NCBI GenBank assembly: GCA_965249575.1
Contig: OZ252244.1
Location: forward strand, 2,976,001 to 3,040,000
Source: Gemmatimonadales bacterium
Lineage (GTDB): Bacteria; Gemmatimonadota; Gemmatimonadetes; Gemmatimonadales; GWC2-71-9
DNA length: 64,000 nucleotides
Direction: 5' to 3'
Shown here: in pieces, positions 9,661 to 21,700 of the stretch
Position numbering within the stretch: the stretch's first letter is position 1
Layout of the letters: each line of letters starts with the position of its first letter
Made by a program: the position numbers and the translations under genes
Notes under the pieces: model-generated
What the model saw: only the letters and a program-made list of their open reading frames with translations
The model's database searches: none
Told to the model about the DNA's origin: nothing

Positions 9661-10813
9661 CGGATACGAAGGGTCGCCGTCGCTGACTCCCGCCGACGTA
9701 CTGACGGTCGTCCTGCTCGGGACAGTCGCTCTGTTACTGGGCGTCCTGGCGTGGCGATTCCGCCGGGGGTCCGAACCTGAACTGATCCAGCAGCAGCTCA
9801 TCGAGCTCCGGGCGCGCCTCGACGCGCTCGGGACGGCGCAGCACGAGTTACCCCGCTTGCTTGCCGAGAACAGGATGGACCAGCAGCGCGTGCTCGCCGA
9901 CCAGGTCGCCCAGTTCTCCGGTTTGGTGTCGCAGCGGATCGAGACCGCGCATGCGACAGTGGGCTCGCGGCTGGACGACACGGGGCGGACCGTCGCCGAG
10001 GTGCGGGAGCGCCTGGGGCAGCTGGCCGAGGTCACCAGGCGGCTCGAGGCCATGGCGGGAGATGTGGCGGAGCTCCAGGCGCTCCTCAAGGTTCCCCAGC
10101 TCAGGGGGACGCTCGGCGAAGTATGGCTGGGTGAGCTGCTTCGGCAGGTGTTCCCAGCACGACTGTACGACACTCAGCACACGTTCCGGTCGGGTGACCG
10201 GGTCGACGCGGTCATCAAGATCGGAAGCCGGCTGGTTCCAGTGGATGCAAAATTCCCCCTCGACGCGTATCAGCGCATGCTGGCGAGCGACGGTGGGGGG
10301 GAGGAGCGCGAGCGCCGCACGTTCCGACGGACGCTCAGGGACCGCATCGACGAGATCGCAGGCAAGTACATTTTGCCCGAAGAGGGTACGTACGATTTCG
10401 CGCTGATGTACATCCCAGCCGAAAACGTCTACTACGAAGCGATCGTGCGGGGCGAGGAGCTGGACGTGGAGGGGAGCGTCGTCGCCTACGCGATGAAGCG
10501 CAAGGTCATTCCCGTATCGCCGAACACGTTCTACGCCTACCTGTCAGCGATCCTGCACGGACTGCGCGGGCTCGAAGTCGAGGAGAGCGCGCGGGAGATC
10601 CTGGATTCGCTGGGAGGACTCCAACAGCAGCTCGCTCGATACGACCGTGCCCACGACCTCATCGGGACACACCTCGATCGCGCCGTCAGGCAGTACGACG
10701 AGGCCAACAAGCAACTGGGCAAGATCAGGGATCGCTTCACGCAAATCACGGGCGTCGGAGGCGGGGATGTCGCACGCCCACTGCACGAAGAAAGCCCGAG
10801 TGGAGATGCCTAA
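9608..10813 (+). CDS. rmuC: DNA recombination protein RmuC (start uncertain)
   Basis: N-terminal TM helix, coiled coil, RGTLGEVWL, VDAKFP, TYDFALMYIPAE and VSPNT. Confidence 0.92.
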   Translation: MGSPSSRWRSAGQREACDGYEGSPSLTPADVLTVVLLGTVALLLGVLAWRFRRGSEPELIQQQLIELRARLDALGTAQHELPRLLAENRMDQQRVLADQVAQFSGLVSQRIETAHATVGSRLDDTGRTVAEVRERLGQLAEVTRRLEAMAGDVAELQALLKVPQLRGTLGEVWLGELLRQVFPARLYDTQHTFRSGDRVDAVIKIGSRLVPVDAKFPLDAYQRMLASDGGGEERERRTFRRTLRDRIDEIAGKYILPEEGTYDFALMYIPAENVYYEAIVRGEELDVEGSVVAYAMKRKVIPVSPNTFYAYLSAILHGLRGLEVEESAREILDSLGGLQQQLARYDRAHDLIGTHLDRAVRQYDEANKQLGKIRDRFTQITGVGGGDVARPLHEESPSGDA

Positions 10814-10853
10814 TTTCACCAGCGAATCGCACCCACTCGAAGGAGCGAAGATC

Positions 10854-11598
10854 ATGAGATGGTCGCTGGCAGCCGGCCTCGTGATGCTCGCGGCTTGTGA
10901 CGGCCGCATCGAATCGACCGCGGATCTGTACCGCGCGATCCACGACCGCTACGCGGATCGCTGGTACCGGACGGTGATCCTCGACCAGGACAACGTCTTC
11001 TACCGGCCCGACGGGACCGAGGTCCGACGCTCTGTGTGGGGCCACGAGTTCAATCTCCCGGGCGAGCTTCGCATCGACGTGCATCCCGTGGAGCAGGGAA
11101 ACGGAACGCTCATCGCGCGCGACTCGATCTATTCCTTTCAGAGCGGATAGCTCGTGGGGCAGCAGGGGGGCATTGTGTCCTTGCTCCTGATCGCGTTCGA
11201 CTCCTACTTGATTCCACCTGAAACGACGCTCGCGTTGCTCGAGAAGCTCGACTTCGACCACACGCTGTTCCGGGAGGATGTGGCAGGGCCGTCCCGTCTA
11301 CGTGATTGGCGCGGAAGCCGGCGACCTTCGGTCCAGACAATTCTGGGTCGACCGGGAGGAGTGGTATGCCGTGCGGGTCATCGAGCCGGTCGGCGACGGG
11401 CTCGTGCGGGACGTCCGGTCCAACAACTACCGGCGGCTGGGTGGAGGCTGGATCGCTCCCGAGGTCCTCATGCTGCTCGACGGTGAGCCCGATCGCCTCG
11501 AGAATTATCGGGACATCCAGGTTGATGTCTCGATCGACCCCGCGCGCTTCGATCCACTGCAATGGGGTCGGGGAATGTCGGAGGCGGTCGAGCGCTAA
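10854..11598 (+). pseudogene. Lipoprotein of unknown function (LolA-like fold possible), interrupted by TAG at 11148-11150 and a frameshift near 11280
   Basis: AAGGAG RBS and lipobox MLAAC. Three consecutive ORF pieces join into one protein-like sequence. The lesions may be sequencing errors. Confidence 0.6.
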
Positions 11599-12083
11599 CG
11601 GCGCCGCTGGAGCCGCTTCAACAGCTGGATCTGCCCGGCGTGATACAGATCGTGCGCCGCGATTCCATGGATGTGCTGCAGGGGCGTGTATTTCGATCCA
11701 GGGCTGACCTTCCCCAAGCGTGCGGCCGGCAGATCTTCTACGCAATCACGCAGGGCAACATGCTCCGCCCGCAGCAACACGACGTCCTCGGTCCATGCGC
11801 TCGCCGTCGCTCGATATGGGACGGATGGCCAATCGCTTGGCCGCCTCGGGAACGAGCCCCGCGGCGCTCCAGTGAGCCGGCGTCGTACGACGTATTTCCA
11901 GTACGCGGTGTGGAGCACGAGTTCCCAGATGTTGTGCCGCTGGGGGGATGGACGCCACACGGCCTGCCGAACGGTAAGGCCGCGAATGGATCCCCCGAGG
12001 TTCGTGCCATGCCACGAGTGGCGATCGAAGGCCTGATCGAGGAGGTCGATCAGCATTTGGGTTTGAGCGTTCTTGGTACTCAT
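11595..12083 (-). CDS. DinB family protein
   Basis: SWHG, HNIWELVLH and HDLYHAGQI metal-binding His pattern. Confidence 0.9.
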   Translation of the reverse strand: MSTKNAQTQMLIDLLDQAFDRHSWHGTNLGGSIRGLTVRQAVWRPSPQRHNIWELVLHTAYWKYVVRRRLTGAPRGSFPRRPSDWPSVPYRATASAWTEDVVLLRAEHVALRDCVEDLPAARLGKVSPGSKYTPLQHIHGIAAHDLYHAGQIQLLKRLQRRR

Positions 12084-12258
12084 AAGGGGCTCAGATGTCG
12101 GATGTGAGGGGGCTGGGGTGAGGTGCCAGGGTCAGGCCTGGAACCTGACACTTGGCCAACTGCTCCCCATGTGCAAACATCGTGGACTCAAGCGTCCTCT
12201 TACTGTATTCAATGGGACACGGGGTCCCCACGGCTACAGCACATGAGAGGAGTCAACA

Positions 12259-13707
12259 ATGAAGACCGAGACGACCGCGGCTTTAGCCCGGGTCCTGGCT
12301 ATCGGCGCCGCCTGCTCGGCGTTTCTAACCGCCAGCGCGGCGGCCCAGGGAGCATCCGGCTTGCCGGGTTATCGCTCGACGGTTGCCGACCGCGAGCAGA
12401 TCGCTATCACGGTGTACAATCAAAACTTCGGGTTGGTGCGGGAGGTCCGCACCATCGCTCTCCACCCGGGCGTCATCACGCTGGAGTTCGGGGACGTCGC
12501 TTCGCAGATCCAACCAGAGACCGTGCACATCAAGTCGTTGGGCGGCGAGCGCCTCGACGTCCTCGAGCAGAACTACCAGTTCGATCTGCTGAGCCCCCAG
12601 AAGCTACTCGAGAAATATGTCGGACGCACCGTCAAGGTGTATCGCTGGAACGCGGTCACCGGACGGGACGAGGAGCACGAGGCCGAGGTCCTTTCGGTGA
12701 ACCAGGGCACGATTCTCAAGGTCGGGGACGAGATCAGCTTCAACTATCCCGGGCGAATTTCCTTTCCCGAAATACCCGAGAACCTGATTGCCAAGCCGAC
12801 GCTACTGTGGCGGCTGGACAGCGAGCGCTCCCATGCCCGCGTCGAGGTTTCCTACCTAACCCGCAACATGACGTGGAAAGCCGACTACGTCTTGGTGATC
12901 GATGAGGACGATCGGGAGGGCCACCTGACCGGCTGGGTGACGCTGACGAATCAGAGCGGGGCCGCGTACAAGAACGCTCGGCTCAAGCTCGTGGCCGGCG
13001 ACGTCCAACGGGTCGGACAGGAGGTGGACCGCGCCGCCATCGCCGGCCTCAAGGCGGCGGAGCGTCGCTCCGACTTCGTCGAGGAAGGATTCTTCGAGTA
13101 CCACCTTTACACCCTGGACCGTCCGGCCACCCTGCTCGAGAACGAGCAGAAGCAGGTGACGCTGCTCGAGGCGGCCGGGATCGGGCTCGAGAAGCGGCTG
13201 ATCTACTATGGCGCCGCGCAATACTACCGCGGTCAGTACGGGCAGGTGATGTCGAATCAGAAGGTCGGGGTGTATCTGGACGTGCAGAACAGTGAGGCGA
13301 ATCAGCTCGGGCTGCCAATGCCCAAAGGAGTCGTTCGGGTCTACAAGGCCGACCGCTCGGGCGCGCAGCAGTTCGTGGGAGAAGACCGTATCGATCACAC
13401 CCCACGGGATGAGAGAATCCGCATCAAAATGGGTGAGGCGTTCGACGTCGTGGGTGAGCGGCGCCAAGTGGAGTTTCGCGTTCTCAGCAGCTGCGTGTCA
13501 GAGAGCGCGTGGGAAGTGAAGCTCCGCAACCACAAAGATGAGCTGGCGACCATTGAAGCGTTCGAGCCCGTGGGTGGCGACTGGACGTTACTGTCCTCGA
13601 GCCACCCGAGCGCGCGAGTCGACGCGCACACGTTCAAGTTCGTCGTGGACGTTCCGGCCCGCGACGAGGCGCAGATCGACTACCGAGTGCGAGTGCGCTG
13701 GTGTTGA
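12259..13707 (+). CDS. Secreted DUF4139-domain protein
   Basis: GAGGAG RBS, signal peptide, ITVYNQNFGLVRE, EQNYQFDLL, WKADY, EYHLY and IDHTP motifs. Confidence 0.85.
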   Translation: MKTETTAALARVLAIGAACSAFLTASAAAQGASGLPGYRSTVADREQIAITVYNQNFGLVREVRTIALHPGVITLEFGDVASQIQPETVHIKSLGGERLDVLEQNYQFDLLSPQKLLEKYVGRTVKVYRWNAVTGRDEEHEAEVLSVNQGTILKVGDEISFNYPGRISFPEIPENLIAKPTLLWRLDSERSHARVEVSYLTRNMTWKADYVLVIDEDDREGHLTGWVTLTNQSGAAYKNARLKLVAGDVQRVGQEVDRAAIAGLKAAERRSDFVEEGFFEYHLYTLDRPATLLENEQKQVTLLEAAGIGLEKRLIYYGAAQYYRGQYGQVMSNQKVGVYLDVQNSEANQLGLPMPKGVVRVYKADRSGAQQFVGEDRIDHTPRDERIRIKMGEAFDVVGERRQVEFRVLSSCVSESAWEVKLRNHKDELATIEAFEPVGGDWTLLSSSHPSARVDAHTFKFVVDVPARDEAQIDYRVRVRWC

Positions 13708-13769
13708 GGGTAGGGATTAGAGATTAGGGATAGGGGCTAGAGAGCTGACGACCCTAGCCCTACTCCCTA

Positions 13770-14827
13770 TCATCCACACACCCCCGCCGTCGTAAACCAG
13801 CACGCCGTGTGAGGTGAGGTCTTGAAGAACTCGAGCAGCAACCTCCCGACCTTTTCCTCTCCCACCTGGGATGGCTGTACCCCATCTGACTCGAAGTCCT
13901 GCTCGGTCCAGTCCATGGCACCGCCGGTGGGGTTCTCCCCGTCGGCCCACAAGTAAGGCCCCCAGGCGAGCCACGGGGCGACCGTGTCGTAGTCGAGGTC
14001 GCCGGTGAAATCATTACGAAAGAGCGGATTGTCGACCTTGATGATCTGTGACTCGACCAGCCACTTGACCGCAAACCCGGTCTCGTATGCGTATGGTTCA
14101 CCGTTCAGCGCGCCGGTAGAGAAGCCGCCGTAAATGCGACTCGACACGAACACCTGCTCGAGGTTGGGATACCGGTTGAGGAGCGTGCGGGATATGATCC
14201 CCATTCTCGAGAGCAGGAGGTGTGCATCGGATATCTCCTCCGGCAATGTGGCCAGGGACTGGGCGTTGGAGACCTTTAGCCAGATGACCTGGACCCGGCG
14301 CTCGGAAAGACCCTGCGGCACCAGGTGGTCGTTTCTGATCCGGTCGTAGTTGGGATTGGCCCGCGCCTCCCAGTTCTGAGCTGCCTGGTCTTCCGCGGCG
14401 CCGTTGACGATGACGAGGGATGTTTGATTCACATCCGGGTCGGTGGCTGCGAGCCCATGAAGGTCCACGGGTCGCACGGCGCCATGGACGACGGGGAGCA
14501 AAACTCCTGCGTCGCGTTCGCTCCACCGATCGACAACAGCACGTACTTCCCGTTCGGATTGGGTGCTCCACCGGCATCGCGAGGTTGTACCCCCTGCGCG
14601 CGCTGGACGCCGGTGTTGTAGTGTCGCGCCGGCATGACGTTGACTTGGTCGGGGTATAGACCGCCCTCGAATTGGTCGAGGTAGAGGTCCACGGTCAGTT
14701 GCGGCAGTGGGATCTTCGGCGGATCGATGATCGGCGCTCCCAACACCGAAGCGTCTTCGGAGCACGCAACGGTACCGGACGCCGCAAGGACGAGGACCAG
14801 GATCTTTGTAGCGTGTGTCATTGTCAT
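13770..14827 (-). CDS. Lipoprotein with SGNH-hydrolase-like fold; frameshift near 14455
   Basis: Lipobox TVAC in the 14429..14827 ORF joins the 13770 frame if one G is restored in a G run; C-terminal DGVQPS. Confidence 0.65.
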
Positions 14828-15018
14828 TACCAGTTCTCGGCGAAGCCCTTGCTCGACCGCTTGAAAACAAAGCGGTGGGTTGCGTGGACGGTAGGGGGGT
14901 GGACGCGAGTGTACGCGGCGTATGCGCGTCTCGGGGACGCTCTCGCCTTTCGTAGCCGATGGGCCACAGCTAACGTACTCTCTCGAGCACCCGCAACGCG
15001 GCCGTGAAAGGTGACTGA

Positions 15019-15588
15019 GTGAATAGCCCCCAACTGGAAATACTCATCTCTGAAGACGCGATCGGCGCACGTGTCGAGGAGCTGGCATTGCAGATCTCAG
15101 CTGATTACGCGCACGCCGACGAGATTGTTCTCGTCGGCGTGTTGCGGGGCGCGTTCGTCTTTCTCGCCGACCTGGCCCGCCGCATCGTCGTGCCGCGGCG
15201 TGTGGATTTCATCGCACTCTCCAGCTATGGCGCGTCGACAGAATCGGCCGGCGATGTCCACCTGCTCATGGACGTCGCTGCCGACCTCGCCGGCCGACAC
15301 GTCCTGCTGGTCGAGGGCATCGTCGATGCTGGATACACTCTGGATTTCGCCCTTGCGCATCTCGCAGGGCGCAAGCCGGCCTCTCTGAAGAGTTGCGTGC
15401 TGATTCGAAAGCCGAAGCCCGAACAGATCAGCGTAAAGATCGACTACCTCGGGTTCGAGGTCCCCGACGTATGGGTCGCGGGGTACGGGCTCGACTACAC
15501 CGGCCAATATCGGGTCCTGCCTCACGTTGCCGTGCTGCGGGACGGGACCCAACCGGGCGGGAGCGAGCCAACGAGTGCCCGACGCTGA
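15019..15588 (+). CDS. hpt: Hypoxanthine phosphoribosyltransferase
   Basis: GVLRGAFVFLADL, SSYG, VLLVEGIVDAGYTL and VAGYGLD. Confidence 0.9.
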   Translation: MNSPQLEILISEDAIGARVEELALQISADYAHADEIVLVGVLRGAFVFLADLARRIVVPRRVDFIALSSYGASTESAGDVHLLMDVAADLAGRHVLLVEGIVDAGYTLDFALAHLAGRKPASLKSCVLIRKPKPEQISVKIDYLGFEVPDVWVAGYGLDYTGQYRVLPHVAVLRDGTQPGGSEPTSARR

Positions 15589-15605
15589 GGAACGGCCGGC
15601 TGGAC

Positions 15606-18600
15606 GTGGCTGATCTCGAGCTGGTCCTGGGCTGCGATCCCCGTCGCCTCCTCGAGCGCGCCGGCGAAGGGTTTCTCGTTTCACGCTCCGGATCGCCCGA
15701 GACACCGTTCCCTTCGCCGGAATACTTGTTGGTCCTGCGGCAGGGCGGGGTCCGCGACGATCTCATCGAGCTTGCGCGAACGCGTGGAATCGCCGGGTGG
15801 CTGGACCCGCCGCTGTGCGTCTTTCAGGAGTTACCGGAGTGGCTCGGCGCCACCGCCCGCAAGCCGCTCGACGATTTCGAGCGCGCCGCGCTGCTGTCGT
15901 CGTCGCTACGGTCGTCCGCGGGCAAGGTTTTCGGATCGGTGCGGCGGCTGGAGGACTTCAGCCATTGGGTAGAACGCCTCTTCGGCGACCTCGCGTCCGA
16001 AGGCGTGACGGCCGACGCGTACGAGGCGGCGTTGGCCGGTGAGGGTGCGCGGGGAGCTTTCGAGCGTGAGCGCGACGCAGAGCTGGCTCGAGCATACCGG
16101 GCGTATCGCGACAGCATGGATCGCTTCGGCCGGCGTGACGGACGCGATTCACTGGTCGACTGCGCACAGGCGCTCCGCGACGATCCTCGGGCGCTTGCCC
16201 CCAAACTCGGCGGCCGGCGCGAGATCCGCATCTTTGGGCTCCACGATGTCCGGGGTGGCTGGAGGTCCCTGCTTCGTGCCCTGCTCCAGTCTCCGGCGCT
16301 CGACCGGGTGATCATCTTCGCCGCGGACGCCGTCGAGCTCGGGCTCGACCGGGTGTCCAAGGTCGAACGCGTGCCCGAGCCCCAAACGCCCGCCACGCGC
16401 CTGTTCTCAACGGCAACGCCCCCCGACGTGGCACTCGACCTGTTCGACCGGTTCGACCTCATCGCCGCCCCGGACGTTGAGCGCGAAGTGGAAGAGGTCG
16501 CGCGCCGCGTGCGGCAACTCATCGAGGGCGGTGTTTCGCCGGACCGCATCGCGGTCGTGCCGCGCCAGGCGAGGCCGTACGTGGACATGGCGATCCGGTG
16601 CCTCCGGCGGTTCGGCGTTCCGGCCACGGCCCGGCCACGCTTCGCGTATCAGGATATCCCCGTCGTGCGTGCGACACTGTCGCTCTTCGCTGCGGCCGCT
16701 GAGGGGTGGAGCCGCCATGCACTTGGTCGAGCTTGCAGAGCAGCCCTACCTCGCCCACGACCTGAACGCCCGAGTGCTCAACTACGTCGGCTTCCGAAGC
16801 AGAGTAACCGGGCTCGCGCAATGGAGCGCGGAGCTCGAATCCCTAGAGCGAGAGTCGCAGCGGTTGTGGAAACGAGGTGCTGACCCGGACTGGAGATCTG
16901 CTCCCCCTGAACCGGCGGCGGTCGGTGAGGCCCGAGAGGCGTTCGCGCGATTCGCGCTGCGGGCCGGAGCATTGGATCGGGAGCGGACGCTCGCAGACTG
17001 GCTCGATTGGCTCCGCTCGTTTGCCGATGACGATCCCTGGGGCATCGCCGACCGCATCCACCAGGTTCCGGACTCGCGCTATGAGCTCGCCCGTCTCGAC
17101 CTCACGGGGTGGAACGGGCTGAAGACCATCGTCTCCGAATGGGCCGAAGCCACCAGGCTTTGGGAACCCGATGGAGTGACCCTGTCCGTCGGACGTTTTC
17201 ACGGACGCCTGCGGGAGATGTTATCCGGAAGTGCCGCCTTGTGGACGGATCCGATGCACGGGGTGCGCGTGCTCGAGGCGCTCGCGGCGGCATACCGCTC
17301 GTTCGACCACGTCTTTCTGGTGGGGATGGTGTCCGGAGGGTTTCCGACCCACCCGCCTACGTCGCCGATCTTGGACGAAGGCGACAGGGAGCTGCTCGTA
17401 CGCAACGGTCTGCCGCTGGATCGCCGGAGTGATTGGGACAGCCGCGAACGACAGCTCTTTCGCGTCCTCGTCGCCGGCGCCCGCGATAGCCTGACCCTGA
17501 GCTACCCACGTATAGACCTCAAGGGGCGGGAGGTGACGGACTCCGCGTTCACGGAAGCGCTGGCGGAAGTAGCCGGCCCGGCGGGAGCCTCCGATCCAAT
17601 CGACTCGATCTTTACCCCGGGGATTCCGGTCTACACGTCGGAGGCCGTCGGCTCACACGCCGCCCATGCCGCCCGCGTCGAGCGCCTGCGCGAGGCGGGG
17701 ACGCCCACGCCGTACAACGGGTTGATCGAGCAACCAGCTTTACGCGAATGGCTAGCCAGCACGTTCGGCGACGAGGCACGGTGGAGTCCGACGCAGATCG
17801 AGGAGCATGCGAAGTGCCCGTGGGCGTTTTTCTCGGCCCGACTCCTTCGCCTCGAGAAGCCCGAAGATCCAGATGAGGAGATGGACCCAATCACGCGCGG
17901 GTCGGTTCTTCACGAGACCCTGCGGCGATTCTACGATGCCGCGGGTGCGAGGGTGGGGGGTGCGGTCTTCCTCAGGGAGGCCGATCTCGATTGGGCGGAG
18001 CCCGAGCTTGCGCGCGCACTGGAGACCACTCTTCGCGATGCTGAATCGCGAGGTTGGATCGGGCACCCGGCCCTTCGAGACGCCAAGCGGCTCGAGCTCG
18101 GGCGCATTCTGGTTCGGTACCTCCGGTGGGAAGTGCAGCAGCACGAAGACCTGCACAATCGAAGGAAAACGAAGACGTTTCGCACGATTTGGACTGGGGT
18201 CGTCGAGCACGAAGTCGTGTTCGACGAGAATCAAGTCGCGTTAGAGCGTGGAGGAGTCCGGGTTGCCTACCGCGGCCGCATCGACCGGCTCGAGGTGGGT
18301 GTCGATGAGCGGGTCGATGCTGGTCGCCACGCTGCCGTGGTGGATTACAAGACGAGCAGGGACAGCGTGCCCGGCGGTGGGGAGGACGAGGCGTGGGAAG
18401 ACGGCGTCGTGCTGCAGATGCCTCTGTATGCCTACGCGCTCACCCAGCTGCGTCCCGATATGACCGTGGCGCGAGCGGAATACCGGGCGCTCCGGCAGCG
18501 GGAGGTCGTTCACCCGCTGGAGCTGAAGCAGGTTGAGGCCATGAATCCGGTGCCCCAATCCAACGATCAGGGGACCCGGCAAATGGAGAGAGCCCTGGAC

Positions 18601-18750
18601 GGTGTGGTCGACCGGGTGCGGCTGATCCGATCGGGTGAGTTTCCGGCGCGTCCCGCACCGTCGTGTGGGTGTCCCCCCTTCTGCCACGCGTGGGATATCT
18701 GCCGAGTGCCCGGTGGACCGCGCGTCAAGCGGGAAAAGCGGTGGCGCTGA
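15606..18750 (+). CDS. AddB-like inactive helicase + PD-(D/E)XK nuclease subunit; frameshift near 16725
   Basis: EREVEEVAR...IAVV, HVFLVGM...FP, SPTQIE..AKCPW, GRIDRL, VDYKT, QMPLY and C-terminal CPPFCHAWDIC. Confidence 0.85.
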
Positions 18751-21700
18751 GAACACCGACCGACCAGCAGTGGGCCGCAGCCAGGGCCACCGACCGTCAC
18801 GTGCTCGTGTCGGCGGGGGCCGGCACTGGAAAAACCAACACCGTGCTCAGCCGGATTCTCTACCTGCTGGGTATGGAGATCCGGGGGGTGTCCGTCGGGG
18901 ACCCCATCGGACTCGGAGACGTTGCGGCAATCACGTTCACGAACGCGGCTGCCGCCGATCTGAAACACCGGCTGCGTCAGCATCTCCGGGAGGGCGATCG
19001 CCGCGAAGATTCTTTCCTCGTAGATACCGCCCGCATCGGAACCATTCACAGTTTTTGCGGGGAGATTCTGCGGGAGTTCGCCCTGCGATCGGGGCGCGCT
19101 CCGGCCGGAGAGGTCCTCGACGAAGCCCTCTCCGACGGTTTGACAGCCGAGGTCGTTCGAGATGCGGTCTTGGGTGCGATCGAAGAGGACGCCGTCTCGG
19201 GCCTCAGCGAACTGATTGCCGAGCGCTCCGTGGCGGAGATTCAGCGCTACGTGACGCAACTGGTGGGAGACAGTGACCGTCTGCAAGCGATCGACCGGGC
19301 GCGGGAGACCCTGGAAAGCCGGGAACGAACCATCGTGGATCTCGCACTACGGACGCTCCGACTGTTTGAGCGGAGGCTGGGCGAGCGGCTCGCCGTGGAT
19401 TTCGACCGGATGATCGTGTGGACCCGCGACCTGCTGCGAGATGACGCCGCTGCTCGTCGCGCGCTGCAGCGTCGCATCAAGGTGCTGATCGTCGACGAGT
19501 TCCAAGACGTCGATCCGGTTCAACGGGAGATCGCCTACCTCCTGGGCGACCCGCTCGGGGGACGGGAGGACACGACGCGCCTCATGTTCGTGGGCGATCC
19601 CAAGCAGAGCATCTACCGCTTCCGGCGGGCCGATGTCACGGTCTGGGGCGAGGTAGAGCGCGATTTCCGCGAGGGCGACCGCGGGCTCGTGGTGAGTCTC
19701 TCCGAAAACTTCCGCAGCACGCCTGCCATTCTCGGGTGGGTCGATGCGACCGTCGGCGCGCTCCTGAACCAACCGTTTGCCGGGAATGGGCCAGCGAGCT
19801 ACGAGGTGCGATACGAGCCGTTGGTGCCGGCGGTCGGCGATGGCGCGGGGCCACCGATCGAGATAATCGCGATTCCCCCACGCGAGAACGGCCGGACGCA
19901 AACAGCGGCAGCCGTCCGGCGCCTCGAGGCGCGGGCGATGGCCGAGCGCGCCCGCGCGCTGCATGGGACCGGCATCGAGTGGCGGGATATGGCCGTCCTG
20001 CTCCACGGGTGGCACGCGCTCGACGTGTATCGCGATGCGCTGACGGGCGTGGGCGCACCGGTGCGTGCTTTCCGCATGGAGGGTTTTTACCGGAGGCGCG
20101 AGGTCGTGGACATGATCGTTGCGCTCCAGGCGGTGCGAGACCCATTGGACGACCGGGCGCTCCTCGGGTTTCTGCGTAGTCCGTTCGTTGGGTTGAGAGA
20201 CGAAACGTTGCTCGCCGTTGCCCGTCAGAACCGCTCGCCGTACTGGGACGGTCTCGCCGAGGTCGACGCCGCCGCCGACAGCGAGTTGCTTCGATGGGGA
20301 CACGAGCTGCTCGGGCGGCACGTTCGCGTCCGCGACCGCATGCCGATCGACACGCTGCTCGAGAGCCTCCTCGAGGAGAGCGGGTACGTGGCTCACCTCC
20401 TTCTCCTCGGTGACGAGCACGTTCAGGCGGCGGCCAACGTGCGGAAGTTCGTCCGGCTGGCCCGCAGCGCCGCCCACGCCGGGCTCGGGGAGTTCTTGAG
20501 AGGCCTGGCCGCGCTCAGGGCACGGGGGGACCGCCAGGGGGACGCACCGATCGACGGAGGCGCGGGTGACTCGGTGACGATCACGTCGGTCCATAGTGCG
20601 AAGGGTCTGGAGTGGCGGGTCGTGTTCTGGTGCGATCTCGTTCGCTACTTCTCGATGGGCCAGGGAACTGGGCTCCTCGTCGGCAGAGACTCGATCGCGC
20701 TGAAAGATCCTGAGCTGTCGAGTTCAGAGCAGAGTGCGGGGTGGAAGGCACTCAACGCGACCATCGAGCGGGAAGAAATGGCCGAGCGCAAGCGGGTGTG
20801 GTACGTCGCAGCCACCCGGGCCAAGGAACGGCTCGTGCTCGCCGGGCTTCCCCTGGGGACGCGGCCGAGCAACCGTTTCCAAACGCCGGCCGATTACCTG
20901 ATGAGCGTACTACCCGAAGCCGATATTGCGGCCGGCTCGAATTTCCGGTACGAGTCGTCCCGCGGCGACGTGTTCGAGGCGGTCGTCGAACACGCGAGCA
21001 CGGCTGCCCCGACAGCGGCCGCCGCCGCCAGTGAGTCGCTGGAGCCGCTGGAGAGCCTTGCGGGGCCATTGCCCTCGATTTCAGTTCCAGCCGGCCGGCG
21101 CCGGCATTCCGCCAGCGAGGCGCTCGCCTTCTCGCGTTGCCCCAGGCGGCACTGGTTCAAGTAGGTGGCCGGCCTTCGGGAGCCACCCATCGACCGGTCG
21201 GGTTCGGACTTCATCGATGCGGTGAAGCGCGGGCACATCGTCCACGATGTCCTGGAGCGCCTGGAAGCGGACGCGGACCTCGAGTGGCTGCTCGAGGACG
21301 CGATCGGCCGATGGGACCAGACCGCGCCGCCGCCTGAAGGCAGTGAGGGCGTCGAGTATCGCGCGCACCTGCGCGAGGAAGTCGAATCGGTAGCGCACCA
21401 TCCGGCGTATCGGGCGGTGGCTGATCTTCCTACCGCCCGCCGCGAGTTGGGCTTTCTGCGGATCGAAGACGACGGCGCGATCTATCAGGGTCGGGTCGAT
21501 CTCGCCGGTTCCGAGGGTGACCGCCTGGTGCTTCTTGACGTGAAGACGACGCAGTGCACCGCAGCGGCGGTCGCGGCGCGCGCGTCCCAGTACGCCCGCA
21601 ACGAGACGTGTACGTCTCGTCCGTCGAGGGCATTAGTGGGCTCGAGGTCGATCGGTTCTCCTTTCAGTTCTCACGCGCAGGCTCTCAAATCGCGACAACC

